Part shown: piece after piece, positions 1 through 8,543 of the stretch
How the letters are laid out: every line of letters begins with the position of its first letter
Numbering within the stretch: position 1 is the first letter of the stretch
DNA from: a virus
Taxonomy: Duplodnaviria; Caudoviricetes
Length of the DNA: 64,000 nt
Direction: 5' to 3' (one strand)
Virus record (IMG/VR): IMGVR_UViG_3300006155_000013
Coordinates: 1-64,000 of that record
Position numbers and translations under genes: made by a program
The notes under the pieces: model-generated
Seen by the model: only the letters and a program-made list of their open reading frames with translations
What the model was told of the DNA's origin: nothing
Database searches by the model: none

Positions 1-209
1 GCATTCCTGGCGGCGGCGGATGTGTTTGAGATGGGTCCCGGGCGCTGTGAGAAGTTCGGCACGGCTATGATGGACTATCTGCACGAGATGGGCCGCCTCA
101 TGGTCGAGGACGCCCGGGACGACCCGGGCATGGTCTACACGAAGGAGACCGTTGACCGCAGGCTCAGGAAAATCTGCGGGGAGAAGTTTGAGCCCTGGGA
201 GGTGAGATA
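1..209 (+). repeat. Long direct repeat shared by the two prophages (copy 2 at 47532-47740)
   Basis: Direct alignment by eye, ~97% identical. Confidence 0.95.
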
Positions 210-219
210 TCAGAAATGA
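1..219 (+). CDS. Conserved phage hypothetical protein, 5'-partial; paralogue of 47424-47747
   Basis: Frame open from base 1; about 7 mismatches over ~209 nt against 47532-47740 by eye. Confidence 0.85.
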   Translation, partial: AFLAAADVFEMGPGRCEKFGTAMMDYLHEMGRLMVEDARDDPGMVYTKETVDRRLRKICGEKFEPWEVRYQK

Positions 220-608
220 CCAGAATGACCAGAGAGGAAGCGGCTGAAATCCTGGACGGGCGGAACATCGTGGACCGCGCCGCATACCTGGAGGCGCTGG
301 AGGTAGCGGCGAATGCTCTGTGCACGAGAACAGCATACATGAAGGAGTTGGACGAGGTGGTGAATACTCTGTGCGAGAGCGTCGCCCTCCGCGCACAGCA
401 GGCCCCAACTAAGCTGGACAGGAGCCGGTGGAAGGGGTGCGAGTTTTGCCTGAGTGAGCGGCAGGACCAGGGGCCTTGTGTATGCGCCTGCAGCAGCTTT
501 AATATCAGCAACAAACAGTATGCGACAAGGTTTTGTCCAGCCTGCGGGAAACCGCTCATTGAGGAAGCCTGGGCGGAGCTGGAGAGGAGGATTGGAGGTG
601 AAAGTTAA
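216..608 (+). CDS. Phage protein with C-terminal Zn ribbon (CxxC...FCPACG)
   Basis: ATGA overlap with upstream gene; N-terminus nearly identical to 48085-48432. Confidence 0.8.
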   Translation: MTRMTREEAAEILDGRNIVDRAAYLEALEVAANALCTRTAYMKELDEVVNTLCESVALRAQQAPTKLDRSRWKGCEFCLSERQDQGPCVCACSSFNISNKQYATRFCPACGKPLIEEAWAELERRIGGES

Positions 609-1159
609 TGCTTTGGAAAGATTTTGCACAAGAAGAATGCTGTGATAGTTGCCCCCTTTTAGAAAATGAAATCTGTCCTGGTGGATTTGTGTGCTACGGG
701 GGACAACCTATTGAGCCGCCTTGCTGTTGCTTTGACGATAATACAGATCTTGATGATTGGGTGAATGATTATTTTGAGCAGAAGAAGCGACGCGAAGAGT
801 TGGAAGAATCAAGATTGAAAAAAGAGCAGAAAAAAAGGGAACGCGCTCGAAAAGCTGCTGAGACACGCAGAGCTGTACGATTGTACTGCTTTTCAGAAAT
901 CAAAACGTTAAAACAAGCAGAGAAAGAGTTAAAGGTTCAACTAGCGGCGGAACGATTTGCGGTTAGTTTGGTAGAAGCGATAAACATCACTAATGAGATG
1001 TTCCGATATAAAGAACGTGTCTCCGTCAATCCGGCAATATCAGATGAAATCAAACGTCTTGAAGCAGAAGTCCTTATTGCAAAGGGAAAATATGATGCCA
1101 AGCGAAAAGAATTTTATGCGAATCGGAGGATTGGAAGAAACGATGGAAAGACTGACTAA
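608..1159 (+). CDS. AT-rich hypothetical protein, Cys-rich N-terminus plus charged coiled coil
   Basis: 183-aa ORF, RBS GGAGGT, overlapping stop/start, lower GC than flanks. Confidence 0.75.
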   Translation: MLWKDFAQEECCDSCPLLENEICPGGFVCYGGQPIEPPCCCFDDNTDLDDWVNDYFEQKKRREELEESRLKKEQKKRERARKAAETRRAVRLYCFSEIKTLKQAEKELKVQLAAERFAVSLVEAINITNEMFRYKERVSVNPAISDEIKRLEAEVLIAKGKYDAKRKEFYANRRIGRNDGKTD

Positions 1160-1580
1160 ACGGATTGATGGGTGGGTTATGAGGAAGGGTTGCCACGGGA
1201 TTTGCAGAGCGTGTACCGGAGCAGAATGCGCAGATCTTTACCCCATGATTGACCGCCTCGCCGACTACGAGGACACGGGCTTAACGCCGGAGGAGGTTAA
1301 GGCGTTGGTCCCTACACCCAACGACCCGCTGACCCTGGAGGAGCTGCGGGAGATGGGTCTGTTCGAATGGCTATGGGTCGAAGTGATTCACCCGACCAAA
1401 AGTCAACTGCGCCGTGAAGTTGAGTCCGCATACTATCAGGTTTTCGAGGATTACACAGACGGAGATGCCATTTGTTGCGGGTGGCCTGGGCTGATTCATG
1501 ATTTTGCGTATGAGGATTACGGCAAGAACTGGCTTGCATACCGCCGCAAGCCGGAGGAGGAGGCGCGGCGCGATGCCTGA
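1143..1580 (+). CDS. Phage hypothetical protein (DRLADYEDTGLTPEE and PNDPLTLEELREM motifs)
   Basis: Start chosen at MERLTKR; motifs recur at 48085-48432. Confidence 0.8.
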   Translation: MERLTKRIDGWVMRKGCHGICRACTGAECADLYPMIDRLADYEDTGLTPEEVKALVPTPNDPLTLEELREMGLFEWLWVEVIHPTKSQLRREVESAYYQVFEDYTDGDAICCGWPGLIHDFAYEDYGKNWLAYRRKPEEEARRDA

Positions 1581-1731
1581 TCTCTACGCCAAAGCCCTCC
1601 CCGCCGCACCGAAGAAGAAGCCCCTCCCCCGCAAGTGCTCCACCTGCGCGGACCGGGACTGCCGCCAGCGGGGCAGGATCTGCGACTGGAAGCACTGCAA
1701 GGACTGGAAGGAGGGACCGCGCAAAGCCTGA
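1573..1731 (+). CDS. Small basic Cys-rich protein; paralogue of 49397-49558
   Basis: MPDLYAKALPA...CSTCADRDC; RBS GGAGG; overlapping start. Confidence 0.7.
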   Translation: MPDLYAKALPAAPKKKPLPRKCSTCADRDCRQRGRICDWKHCKDWKEGPRKA

Positions 1732-1782
1732 AAACGTGTTCCGATGGCAAATTACCAACCGATTACGAATTTGGAGGATAAC

Positions 1783-2040
1783 ATGGACCTTCGCAAAGCG
1801 ATAGCGATCGATTTTGACGGATGCCTCGGCTTGGCCCTGAAGCCGTGTCCCTTCTGCAAGAGCCCCAACGTGCTCTATGAGCGGTATGCGGGTCCGGCGG
1901 GAGGAGAGCGGTGGCGCTGTTTCTGCGCGAACTGCGTCGCCGGGATCGACCCCGGCTGGGCAGTGGACCATCTGACGGTGCGAGAGATGTGGAACCGCAG
2001 AGGAACGGAGGCGAGACCGAGAGATGAACTGGAAGCGTGA
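1783..2040 (+). CDS. Lar-like (restriction alleviation) Zn-finger protein with a HAD-like N-terminal stub
   Basis: LKPCPFC...CxxC...WNRR is the Lar family pattern; N-terminal IAIDFDGCL; RBS GGAGG. Confidence 0.65.
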   Translation: MDLRKAIAIDFDGCLGLALKPCPFCKSPNVLYERYAGPAGGERWRCFCANCVAGIDPGWAVDHLTVREMWNRRGTEARPRDELEA

Positions 2041-2464
2041 AGCGGCGGACCGGCTTCGCGGCTATGAGGCCCAGAAGCAGGCCCTGGAGAGCATCCCCAT
2101 GGAGCTGAGGCGGCTGGAGAGCGCCTGTACCGGCCTCCGGAGCGCCGCCGCGGACCGCGCGCCGGTCTCCGGCGGAGGGGAGGACCGGGAGGACGCCCTG
2201 CTGAGCAACATCGTCCACCGGGACGAGCTGAAGCGGCGGCTGAAGCAGGCGCGGCTGTGGGTAACGATGGTGGACAAGGCCCTGACGGTCCTGGACAGCG
2301 AGGAGCGGCTTGTTCTGGAGCGGTTTTACATCCATCGGGCCAAGGGGGCCGCCGAGGCCCTGTGCGAGAGCCTGAACCTGGAGAAAAGCGCCGTCTATGA
2401 CAGGCGGGACAGGGCTTTGCGGCACTTCACCCTCGCCCTCTACGGCATCACCGAGACAGAGTAA
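2024..2464 (+). CDS. ArpU/RinA-like late transcriptional activator
   Basis: C-terminal sigma region-4-like HTH (L..LDSEERLVLERFY...ALRHF); last early gene before the late promoter. Confidence 0.8.
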   Translation: MNWKREAADRLRGYEAQKQALESIPMELRRLESACTGLRSAAADRAPVSGGGEDREDALLSNIVHRDELKRRLKQARLWVTMVDKALTVLDSEERLVLERFYIHRAKGAAEALCESLNLEKSAVYDRRDRALRHFTLALYGITETE

Positions 2465-2470
2465 AAAGTC

Positions 2471-2513
2471 CGGAAAAAAACCGGACGATTTTTCCGAAAA
2501 GCCGTGGTACAAT
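2471..2513 (+). promoter_or_regulatory. Late promoter of prophage A: activator-site inverted repeat plus extended -10
   Basis: CGGAAAAA (2471-78) / TTTTTCCG (2489-96), then TGgTACAAT (2505-13); no canonical -35. Confidence 0.65.
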
Positions 2514-2539
2514 GATAGGGTAAAATTCTGACAAAGCCG

Positions 2540-2568
2540 GACGGCCTCCTCCAACCGAGGGGGCCGTC
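2540..2568 (+). other. Strong GC hairpin in the late leader
   Basis: GACGGCCTCCTC-caacc-GAGGGGGCCGTC. Confidence 0.7.
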
Positions 2569-2608
2569 AGTCTGTTCGGAAGGAGGTCTCCGGCCCCGCG
2601 TTTCTCCT

Positions 2609-3250
2609 TTGCGCGGGGTCTGGTCCGAGCCGGTACCGGTCGCCAACGGGACCGGGGCGAGAACCATTACCACGGGGCTCTCTCCGGGGAGCATCCAGCT
2701 TGCCCTGAGCGGCGGGGCTATCACCTACGCCGTCACCTTCCTCTGTACGGACATCATCGGCGAAATCTGGGGGAAGAACACGGCAAAGGGCGTGGTGAAG
2801 TACGGCCTGATCGGGCAGGTATTCGCCACCGCCTGCATCATGATCACCGGGGCGTTCCCGGCCACGGACCCTGTGATGGACGGGGCCTATCAGACGCTGC
2901 TGGGGCAGAACTGGATCTTTGTCATTGGCAGTCTGAGCGCCTACCTGGTCTCCCAGACCTGGGACGTGCTGGTGTTCCACTTTCTCCGGGACCGGTATGT
3001 GGAGCGGCACGGGAGCACCAGGGGAGGCCGGTGGCTGTGGAGCAACGGCTCCACCCTGACCAGTCAGGTGTGGGACACGGTGATCTATGCCGTTATCAGC
3101 TTCGGCCTGGGCCTGGGGTTGCTCTTCACGGCGGAGGGGCGGGCACAGCTCCTGGGGATCATCCTCGGGCAGTACCTGCTGAAAGCGGGGCTCGCCCTGC
3201 TGGACACGCCGTTTTTCTACTTTTTCACCCGGAACGCTGACAGGCGATAG
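2609..3250 (+). CDS. yhhQ: Queuosine-precursor (preQ0/preQ1) transporter, VUT/YhhQ family; probably 5'-degraded
   Basis: Y(A)xTFLCTDIIGEIWG, RxxxxSLSAYLVSQTWD and SQVWDTVIY motifs; first TM helix missing, TTG start without a well-spaced RBS. Confidence 0.8.
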   Translation: MRGVWSEPVPVANGTGARTITTGLSPGSIQLALSGGAITYAVTFLCTDIIGEIWGKNTAKGVVKYGLIGQVFATACIMITGAFPATDPVMDGAYQTLLGQNWIFVIGSLSAYLVSQTWDVLVFHFLRDRYVERHGSTRGGRWLWSNGSTLTSQVWDTVIYAVISFGLGLGLLFTAEGRAQLLGIILGQYLLKAGLALLDTPFFYFFTRNADRR

Positions 3251-3283
3251 GCCCCGTACCATGAAACGTAAGGAGAGGAGGAA

Positions 3284-3787
3284 ATGCCGAAAAACAGAAC
3301 AGACCTGCCCTGGGAGCGGCAGAAGGGCGAGAGCGCCCAGGCGTTCGCGGCATTCCTCGCCTACCTGCAAATGGGGGCAGACCGCAGTCTCAGCGCAGTG
3401 GGGCAGAGGTTGGGCAAAAGTAAGGCGCTCATGGAGCGCTGGAGCAGTGCCAACGGCTGGGTGGAGCGGTGCCGGGCCTGGGACAACTATCTCCAGCGGG
3501 AGGCCAAAAAGGCGGCGGTCGCAGAGATCCGGAAGATGAATCAGCGGCATATCAGCATGGCCCAGCAGATCCAGGACGCGGTCTTACAGGCGCTCATTGA
3601 CCTGGGGAGCGATATCGTCACGCCACAGAACTTTGCCGCTGTGGTGAAGCTCTCTACCGACCTGGAGCGGCAGAGCATGGAGGCGGAGGCGAAGGAGACC
3701 ATCAGCAGCGAAGAGCTCCGGGAGCAGGCGGAGGACGATCCGCTCACCGCGGCGCTGAAGGAGGATATGGACAGTGGGCTTTTCTGA
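3284..3787 (+). CDS. terS: Terminase small subunit (HTH type)
   Basis: Immediately upstream of and overlapping TerL; PWERQKGES.QAF...WVERCRAWD pattern. Confidence 0.75.
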   Translation: MPKNRTDLPWERQKGESAQAFAAFLAYLQMGADRSLSAVGQRLGKSKALMERWSSANGWVERCRAWDNYLQREAKKAAVAEIRKMNQRHISMAQQIQDAVLQALIDLGSDIVTPQNFAAVVKLSTDLERQSMEAEAKETISSEELREQAEDDPLTAALKEDMDSGLF

Positions 3788-4991
3788 GAAACAGCGGCAG
3801 ATCCTGCGCTTCCCCTACACGCAGTATCAGGCCCTGATCTGTGACGGCGCGGTGCGCTCCGGGAAGACCAGCGTCATGAGCCTGAGCTTCGTCCTCTGGG
3901 TGATGGGGAACTTCCGGGGGTGCTCTTTCGCCATCTGCGGGAAGTCGGTGGGCAGTGTGGAGCGCAATATCGTCACGCCGCTTTTGTCCGTGGGCTACCT
4001 GCGGGGGCACTTTGATATCCGATACCTCCGGGGGGACCATATGCTCCTGATCCGCCGGGGGGAGCGGGAGAACCGGATCTACCTCTTCGGCGGCAAGGAC
4101 GAGAGCAGCTATGCGCTCATCCAGGGCGTCACCCTTGCGGGGATCCTCCTGGACGAGGTGGCCCTGATGCCCCGGTCCTTCGTGGAGCAGGCGTTGGCCC
4201 GGTGCTCTGTGGCGGGGGCCCGCTTCTGGTTCAACTGCAACCCGGACAGCCCGCGCCACTGGTTCTACCAGGAGTGGATACTGGGCGCGCAGCGGCACAA
4301 CGCCCTGCATCTCCACTTCCTCATGGAGGACAACCCGGGCCTGGGCGCGGAGACCCTGGAGCTCTACCGGACCACCTACTCCGGCGTGTTCTACCAGCGC
4401 TATGTCCTGGGGGAGTGGGTGGTGGCGGAGGGCCTGGTCTATACCATGTTCCAAAGCGGCCTGGTGGTGGACGAGATCCCGTGGCAGGCAAAGCAGCGGG
4501 GCCGCTGGTTCATCTCCGTGGACTACGGCACCGTCAACCCCACGTCGGCGGGGCTCTGGTGCCTCTGGAACGGCACGGCGTACCGGGTGAGCGAGTACTA
4601 CTATGACAGCCGGAAGCCGGGGCATATCCAGCGCACGGACGAGGAGCACTACCTGGAGATCGAGAAACTTGCCGGGAGCAGGCAGATCGAGCGGATCGTC
4701 CTGGACCCCTCCGCCGCGAGCTTCAAGGCGACGATCCGGCGGCACGGGCGCTTCTCCGTGTGGGACGCCGTGAACAGCGTCCTGGACGGCATCCGCCTGA
4801 CGGCCACCCTGCTCAAGGCCGGGCGGCTGAAATTCCACCGGAGCTGTGAGGGATGCCTCGGCGAGTTCCAGGCTTACCGATGGGATACAGACGCCCGGGA
4901 GGACGCTGTTATCAAGGAAAATGACCACGCCATGGACGATATCCGCTATTTCTGTGCCACCGTCATGGCGCGTGGGATGAGAGGAGTGTGA
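3774..4991 (+). CDS. terL: Terminase large subunit, PBSX family
   Basis: Walker A GAVRSGKT, Walker B GILLDEV, nuclease VDYG and DHAMDDIRY. Confidence 0.95.
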   Translation: MGFSEKQRQILRFPYTQYQALICDGAVRSGKTSVMSLSFVLWVMGNFRGCSFAICGKSVGSVERNIVTPLLSVGYLRGHFDIRYLRGDHMLLIRRGERENRIYLFGGKDESSYALIQGVTLAGILLDEVALMPRSFVEQALARCSVAGARFWFNCNPDSPRHWFYQEWILGAQRHNALHLHFLMEDNPGLGAETLELYRTTYSGVFYQRYVLGEWVVAEGLVYTMFQSGLVVDEIPWQAKQRGRWFISVDYGTVNPTSAGLWCLWNGTAYRVSEYYYDSRKPGHIQRTDEEHYLEIEKLAGSRQIERIVLDPSAASFKATIRRHGRFSVWDAVNSVLDGIRLTATLLKAGRLKFHRSCEGCLGEFQAYRWDTDAREDAVIKENDHAMDDIRYFCATVMARGMRGV

Positions 4992-4994
4992 GAG

Positions 4995-6401
4995 ATGGGA
5001 CTGATCGACTGGTTTCGCAGCCTGGTCGGGCGGCTGAGAAGAAAAGATACCCCCTCAGGTGTGATCGAGAAGGAATTCGGCGCACACCCGGCGGCATCCC
5101 GCGACATGGCGGACAACGCCGCCCTCTGGTACGCCATGTACACCAACCATCCGCCCTGGGAGACCTGCGACGTGCGGCCCCTGGGGCTTCCGGGGGCCAT
5201 TGGCCGGGAGCTGAGCCGCCACGCGCTGACGGAATTCTGTATCACCGTATCCGGCAGCGCCCGGGCGGAGTACATCGACCGGCAGGTCCAGCGGGCGGCG
5301 AGGAGCTTCCGGGAGGACCTGGAGCTGGGCCTCTGCCTGGGCGGCGTGGCCTTGAAGCCGTACCCGCAGGACGGACAGCTCCTGGTGGAATCCTACACCG
5401 GCGGCTTTACCCCCACCCGTTTTGACGGCACGGGCAGGGCCGTGGGCGGGGTGTTCCGAAGCGAGCCGGTCCGGCAGGGGAACGAGTGGTACATCAGGCT
5501 GGAGTACCACGATTTCCTCTTGCAAGAGGACGGGACCACGGCCTATGTTGTGGAGAACAAGGCGTACCGCAGCAGCCGGGAGGGCCTCGTCGGCGCCCAG
5601 GTGCCTCTGGAGAGCGTGGAGGCGTGGGCTGACCTCTCGGAGCGGGAGGTGATCGAGGGCCTGACAGGGCCGCTCTTCGCCTATTTCAAGCCGCCGGTCT
5701 CCAACGACATTGAGCCGTCCTCCCCCGTGGGCGTGTCGGTGTACGCCGGGGCCACGGCGGAGCTGATCCGGCAGGCGGATGAGCAGTGGCAGCAGCTCCG
5801 CCGGGAGTACCGCACGGGAAAGCGCAGGATGCTCTTCAACGGCTCTGTCATGGACCATGACCAGGTGGATGATGAATTCTTTGAATACGGAGACTTCACT
5901 GGCGACGCCAACTTCTTCCAGTTCATCAACCCGGAGCTGCGGGACGACCAGTTCTACAACGGCTTCCAGCGCATCTTACAGCGCATCGAGTTCAACGTGG
6001 GCCTTGCTTTCGGCACCTTCTCGGACCCGCAGGCCGTCGAGAAGACGGCCACCGAGCAGATCATGACCAAGCACCGGCAGTACGTGACGGAGGACGCCAT
6101 TCAAAAGGCGTTCCAGGCAGCGCTGGAGGACCTGGTGTATGCCCTGGACGCCCTGTGCGACCTTGCCCGGCTCGCGCCGGCGGGGGCGTATCAGGTGGAC
6201 TGCAAATGGGGCGACGGCGTCCTGGACGACCCGGAGACCCGGCGGCAGGACATGGCGCTGGATATGCAGCGGGTGGCCGCCGGTCTCATGCGGCCTGTGG
6301 ATTTCGTCATGAAGTGGGACAAGGTGGACGAGAAGACCGCCCGGAAGCTGCTGCCGGACATGGAGGACCTGACGGATGAGCCGGAGGAGGAGATCGAGTA
6401 A
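4995..6401 (+). CDS. Portal protein (A118/SPP1-like)
   Basis: Position after TerL; 468 aa; KTATE and WGDGV motifs. Confidence 0.9.
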   Translation: MGLIDWFRSLVGRLRRKDTPSGVIEKEFGAHPAASRDMADNAALWYAMYTNHPPWETCDVRPLGLPGAIGRELSRHALTEFCITVSGSARAEYIDRQVQRAARSFREDLELGLCLGGVALKPYPQDGQLLVESYTGGFTPTRFDGTGRAVGGVFRSEPVRQGNEWYIRLEYHDFLLQEDGTTAYVVENKAYRSSREGLVGAQVPLESVEAWADLSEREVIEGLTGPLFAYFKPPVSNDIEPSSPVGVSVYAGATAELIRQADEQWQQLRREYRTGKRRMLFNGSVMDHDQVDDEFFEYGDFTGDANFFQFINPELRDDQFYNGFQRILQRIEFNVGLAFGTFSDPQAVEKTATEQIMTKHRQYVTEDAIQKAFQAALEDLVYALDALCDLARLAPAGAYQVDCKWGDGVLDDPETRRQDMALDMQRVAAGLMRPVDFVMKWDKVDEKTARKLLPDMEDLTDEPEEEIE

Positions 6402-8209
6402 TGCCCCGGTATCCGTTTACCCCGGAGCTGCTGGACGCGCTGCCGGAGGAGCTGTGCGAGCTGTTCCGGGGCCTGGAGGTGCGGCTCCTGGAGGAGATCT
6501 GTTCCCGGCTGAAGATCGCGGACCAGCTCAACGAGGTGAAGGTGCAGGACATCCGTGCCCTCCGGGCCCACGGCATCGACCTGGAGGACATCAAGGCGGC
6601 GATTGCGGAGGCCACGGGGACGGGCGCGGACAAGCTGGAGGCCCTGCTGGACGATGTGGTGGAGCGCAACCAGGCGTACTACACCTCCGTGATCGACCTT
6701 GCCCAGGTGACCGCGCCGGAACGGCTGGTGAATGAGGCGGATATCGCCGCGATCCGGCGTCAGACCTGGGGCGCGTATAAAAACATTACCGGTTCAATGG
6801 GCTTTCTGGTGGTCCAGGCCGGGCGGCTGACGATGCTCCCGCCCGCCCAGGCGTACCAGTGGGCCCTGGACAGCGCGGAGCTCCAGATACAGTCCGGGGC
6901 CATCAGCTACACCCAAGCCATCGGCGGGGCGGTCAAACAGTTGGCGGAGCGGGGGATGTGCGTCGCCTATGACGAAAGCGGGAACGTGCTCCCCAATCGG
7001 GTGGCCTATGAGAGCGGGCACATCGACCATCTGGACGTGGCCGTCCGGCGGGCGGTCATGACCGGCGTCAACCAGCTCAACCAGCAGTACCGGGAGCAGT
7101 CCATGGACTGTCTGGAGACGGACCTTGTGGAGGTCACGGCCCACTCCGGGGCACGGGACACGGACGGCCCCAACGGCTGGGAGAACCATGCGGCGTGGCA
7201 GGGGAAGGTGTACCGCTGGAGCGCGAAGCCGAAGACCTCCAAAGGCGTCTACCCGGATTTTGCAAAGACCTGCGGATATGGGAGCGTTACCGGCATCGGC
7301 GGGGCCAACTGCCGCCATTCCTGGTGGCCGTTCGTCGAGGGCGTCAGCGAACGCGCCTACACGGACGGGGACCTCGCCGCCATCGACCCGGAGCCCTTCC
7401 GGTATGAGGGCCGCACCTACACTGCCTACCAGGCCACCCAGAAGCAGCGGGAGATCGAACGTACCGTGCGGAAGCTGGAGCGGACAAAGACCGCATACAC
7501 TGCCGCGGGGCTCACCGGTCAGGCAGACGCCGCGAGCATCCGCCTGGGGCGGCTGAAGAAGGAGTACCGGAAGTTCAGTAGGGCCGCAGGGCTGAAGGAA
7601 CAGCGAGAGCGGATGCGGGTGCTGGATAGAAGCGGAGCGGCCTCCCGTGGGCAGAGCGCAGGAAGCAGCGTTGCAGGCAGGCCGGGAAGACCGGTGCAGA
7701 TCGGAACGGTGGATTTCTCCGACAAAAGGGCGGTTCTTACCCAGATGGATGCAGCGCAGAAAGAAACCGAACCGCTGGACTACGAGGTCAACCGCACCGT
7801 GACGGCGGACGGAAAGGTCTGGCGCGTTGTGGGCGAGGCCGGGGAAGTTCATCCGGAGAGTATTCCCAGCAGTCTGACTGGGTCCTACTCCTATCACAAT
7901 CACCCGGCGGCACAAACCTGGTTCTCTTTCAGCGCAGAGGATGTGCGGTTCTTCTTCGAAAGTAGGCAGGCATATTCCAAAGCATCTGATTATTTATATG
8001 AATATATCATGGAAAGAACACCGGATACTCTTGCAGTATCACCGGATGTGGTGTATCATAGGTTCAAAGAGATTTTCAAGACAGACGTTTTTCAACTTTC
8101 CGATGAAGGGAAGATCAATATTGACGAAGATGGGTTCCATGAAGTCATGCGGCGATTAAGCCGAGAATTTCGCTTTCAGTACAGGAGGGTAAAAACAAAT
8201 GGCAGTTAA
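6401..8209 (+). CDS. Minor capsid (MuF-like) protein with C-terminal JAB-like extension, putative polymorphic toxin
   Basis: EVTAHSGAR and GANCRHSW head-morphogenesis motifs; C-terminal HNHP..SFSAED with falling GC. Confidence 0.85.
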   Translation: MPRYPFTPELLDALPEELCELFRGLEVRLLEEICSRLKIADQLNEVKVQDIRALRAHGIDLEDIKAAIAEATGTGADKLEALLDDVVERNQAYYTSVIDLAQVTAPERLVNEADIAAIRRQTWGAYKNITGSMGFLVVQAGRLTMLPPAQAYQWALDSAELQIQSGAISYTQAIGGAVKQLAERGMCVAYDESGNVLPNRVAYESGHIDHLDVAVRRAVMTGVNQLNQQYREQSMDCLETDLVEVTAHSGARDTDGPNGWENHAAWQGKVYRWSAKPKTSKGVYPDFAKTCGYGSVTGIGGANCRHSWWPFVEGVSERAYTDGDLAAIDPEPFRYEGRTYTAYQATQKQREIERTVRKLERTKTAYTAAGLTGQADAASIRLGRLKKEYRKFSRAAGLKEQRERMRVLDRSGAASRGQSAGSSVAGRPGRPVQIGTVDFSDKRAVLTQMDAAQKETEPLDYEVNRTVTADGKVWRVVGEAGEVHPESIPSSLTGSYSYHNHPAAQTWFSFSAEDVRFFFESRQAYSKASDYLYEYIMERTPDTLAVSPDVVYHRFKEIFKTDVFQLSDEGKINIDEDGFHEVMRRLSREFRFQYRRVKTNGS

Positions 8210-8426
8210 TAAAGATCATCCCGATTACCCGGTATACTCAAGAAAGCATAAAGACTTGTGGGACGCGTATTTGAAACTGGAAGAGGAGGAGCTTGAAAAG
8301 TATCCTGAGTATCACGGACTGGACCATCCGGCCTGTGTCACGTTGCGGCCTTTTTATCGGAAGTTTAGTGAAGATATCAAGGCCCTGCAAAAGGAATACG
8401 CGTATCTATTTACGGAGGAGAAATAG
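8199..8426 (+). CDS. Small acidic protein, candidate immunity for the upstream toxin domain
   Basis: 75 aa, overlaps the toxin stop, same low-GC patch. Confidence 0.65.
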   Translation: MAVNKDHPDYPVYSRKHKDLWDAYLKLEEEELEKYPEYHGLDHPACVTLRPFYRKFSEDIKALQKEYAYLFTEEK

Positions 8427-8485
8427 CATCAACACACTGCAAACCGTGAATATCTAGCGTCATAGAAATGAATATGGAGCGCCAA

Positions 8486-8529
8486 GAGCCATCAGCTGCC
8501 GGGAACCCCCGGTTTCTGATGGCTCTTTT
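8486..8529 (+). terminator. Intrinsic terminator-like hairpin after the toxin/immunity pair
   Basis: GAGCCATCAG...CTGATGGCTC followed by TTTT. Confidence 0.65.
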
Positions 8530-8543
8530 GTTGGGAGGATACC

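Noticed and set aside
2515-2609. preQ1 riboswitch upstream of yhhQ
   Set aside because: No preQ1-I/II consensus (short stem with conserved loop and A-rich 3' tail) visible; the hairpins are GC-rich and generic
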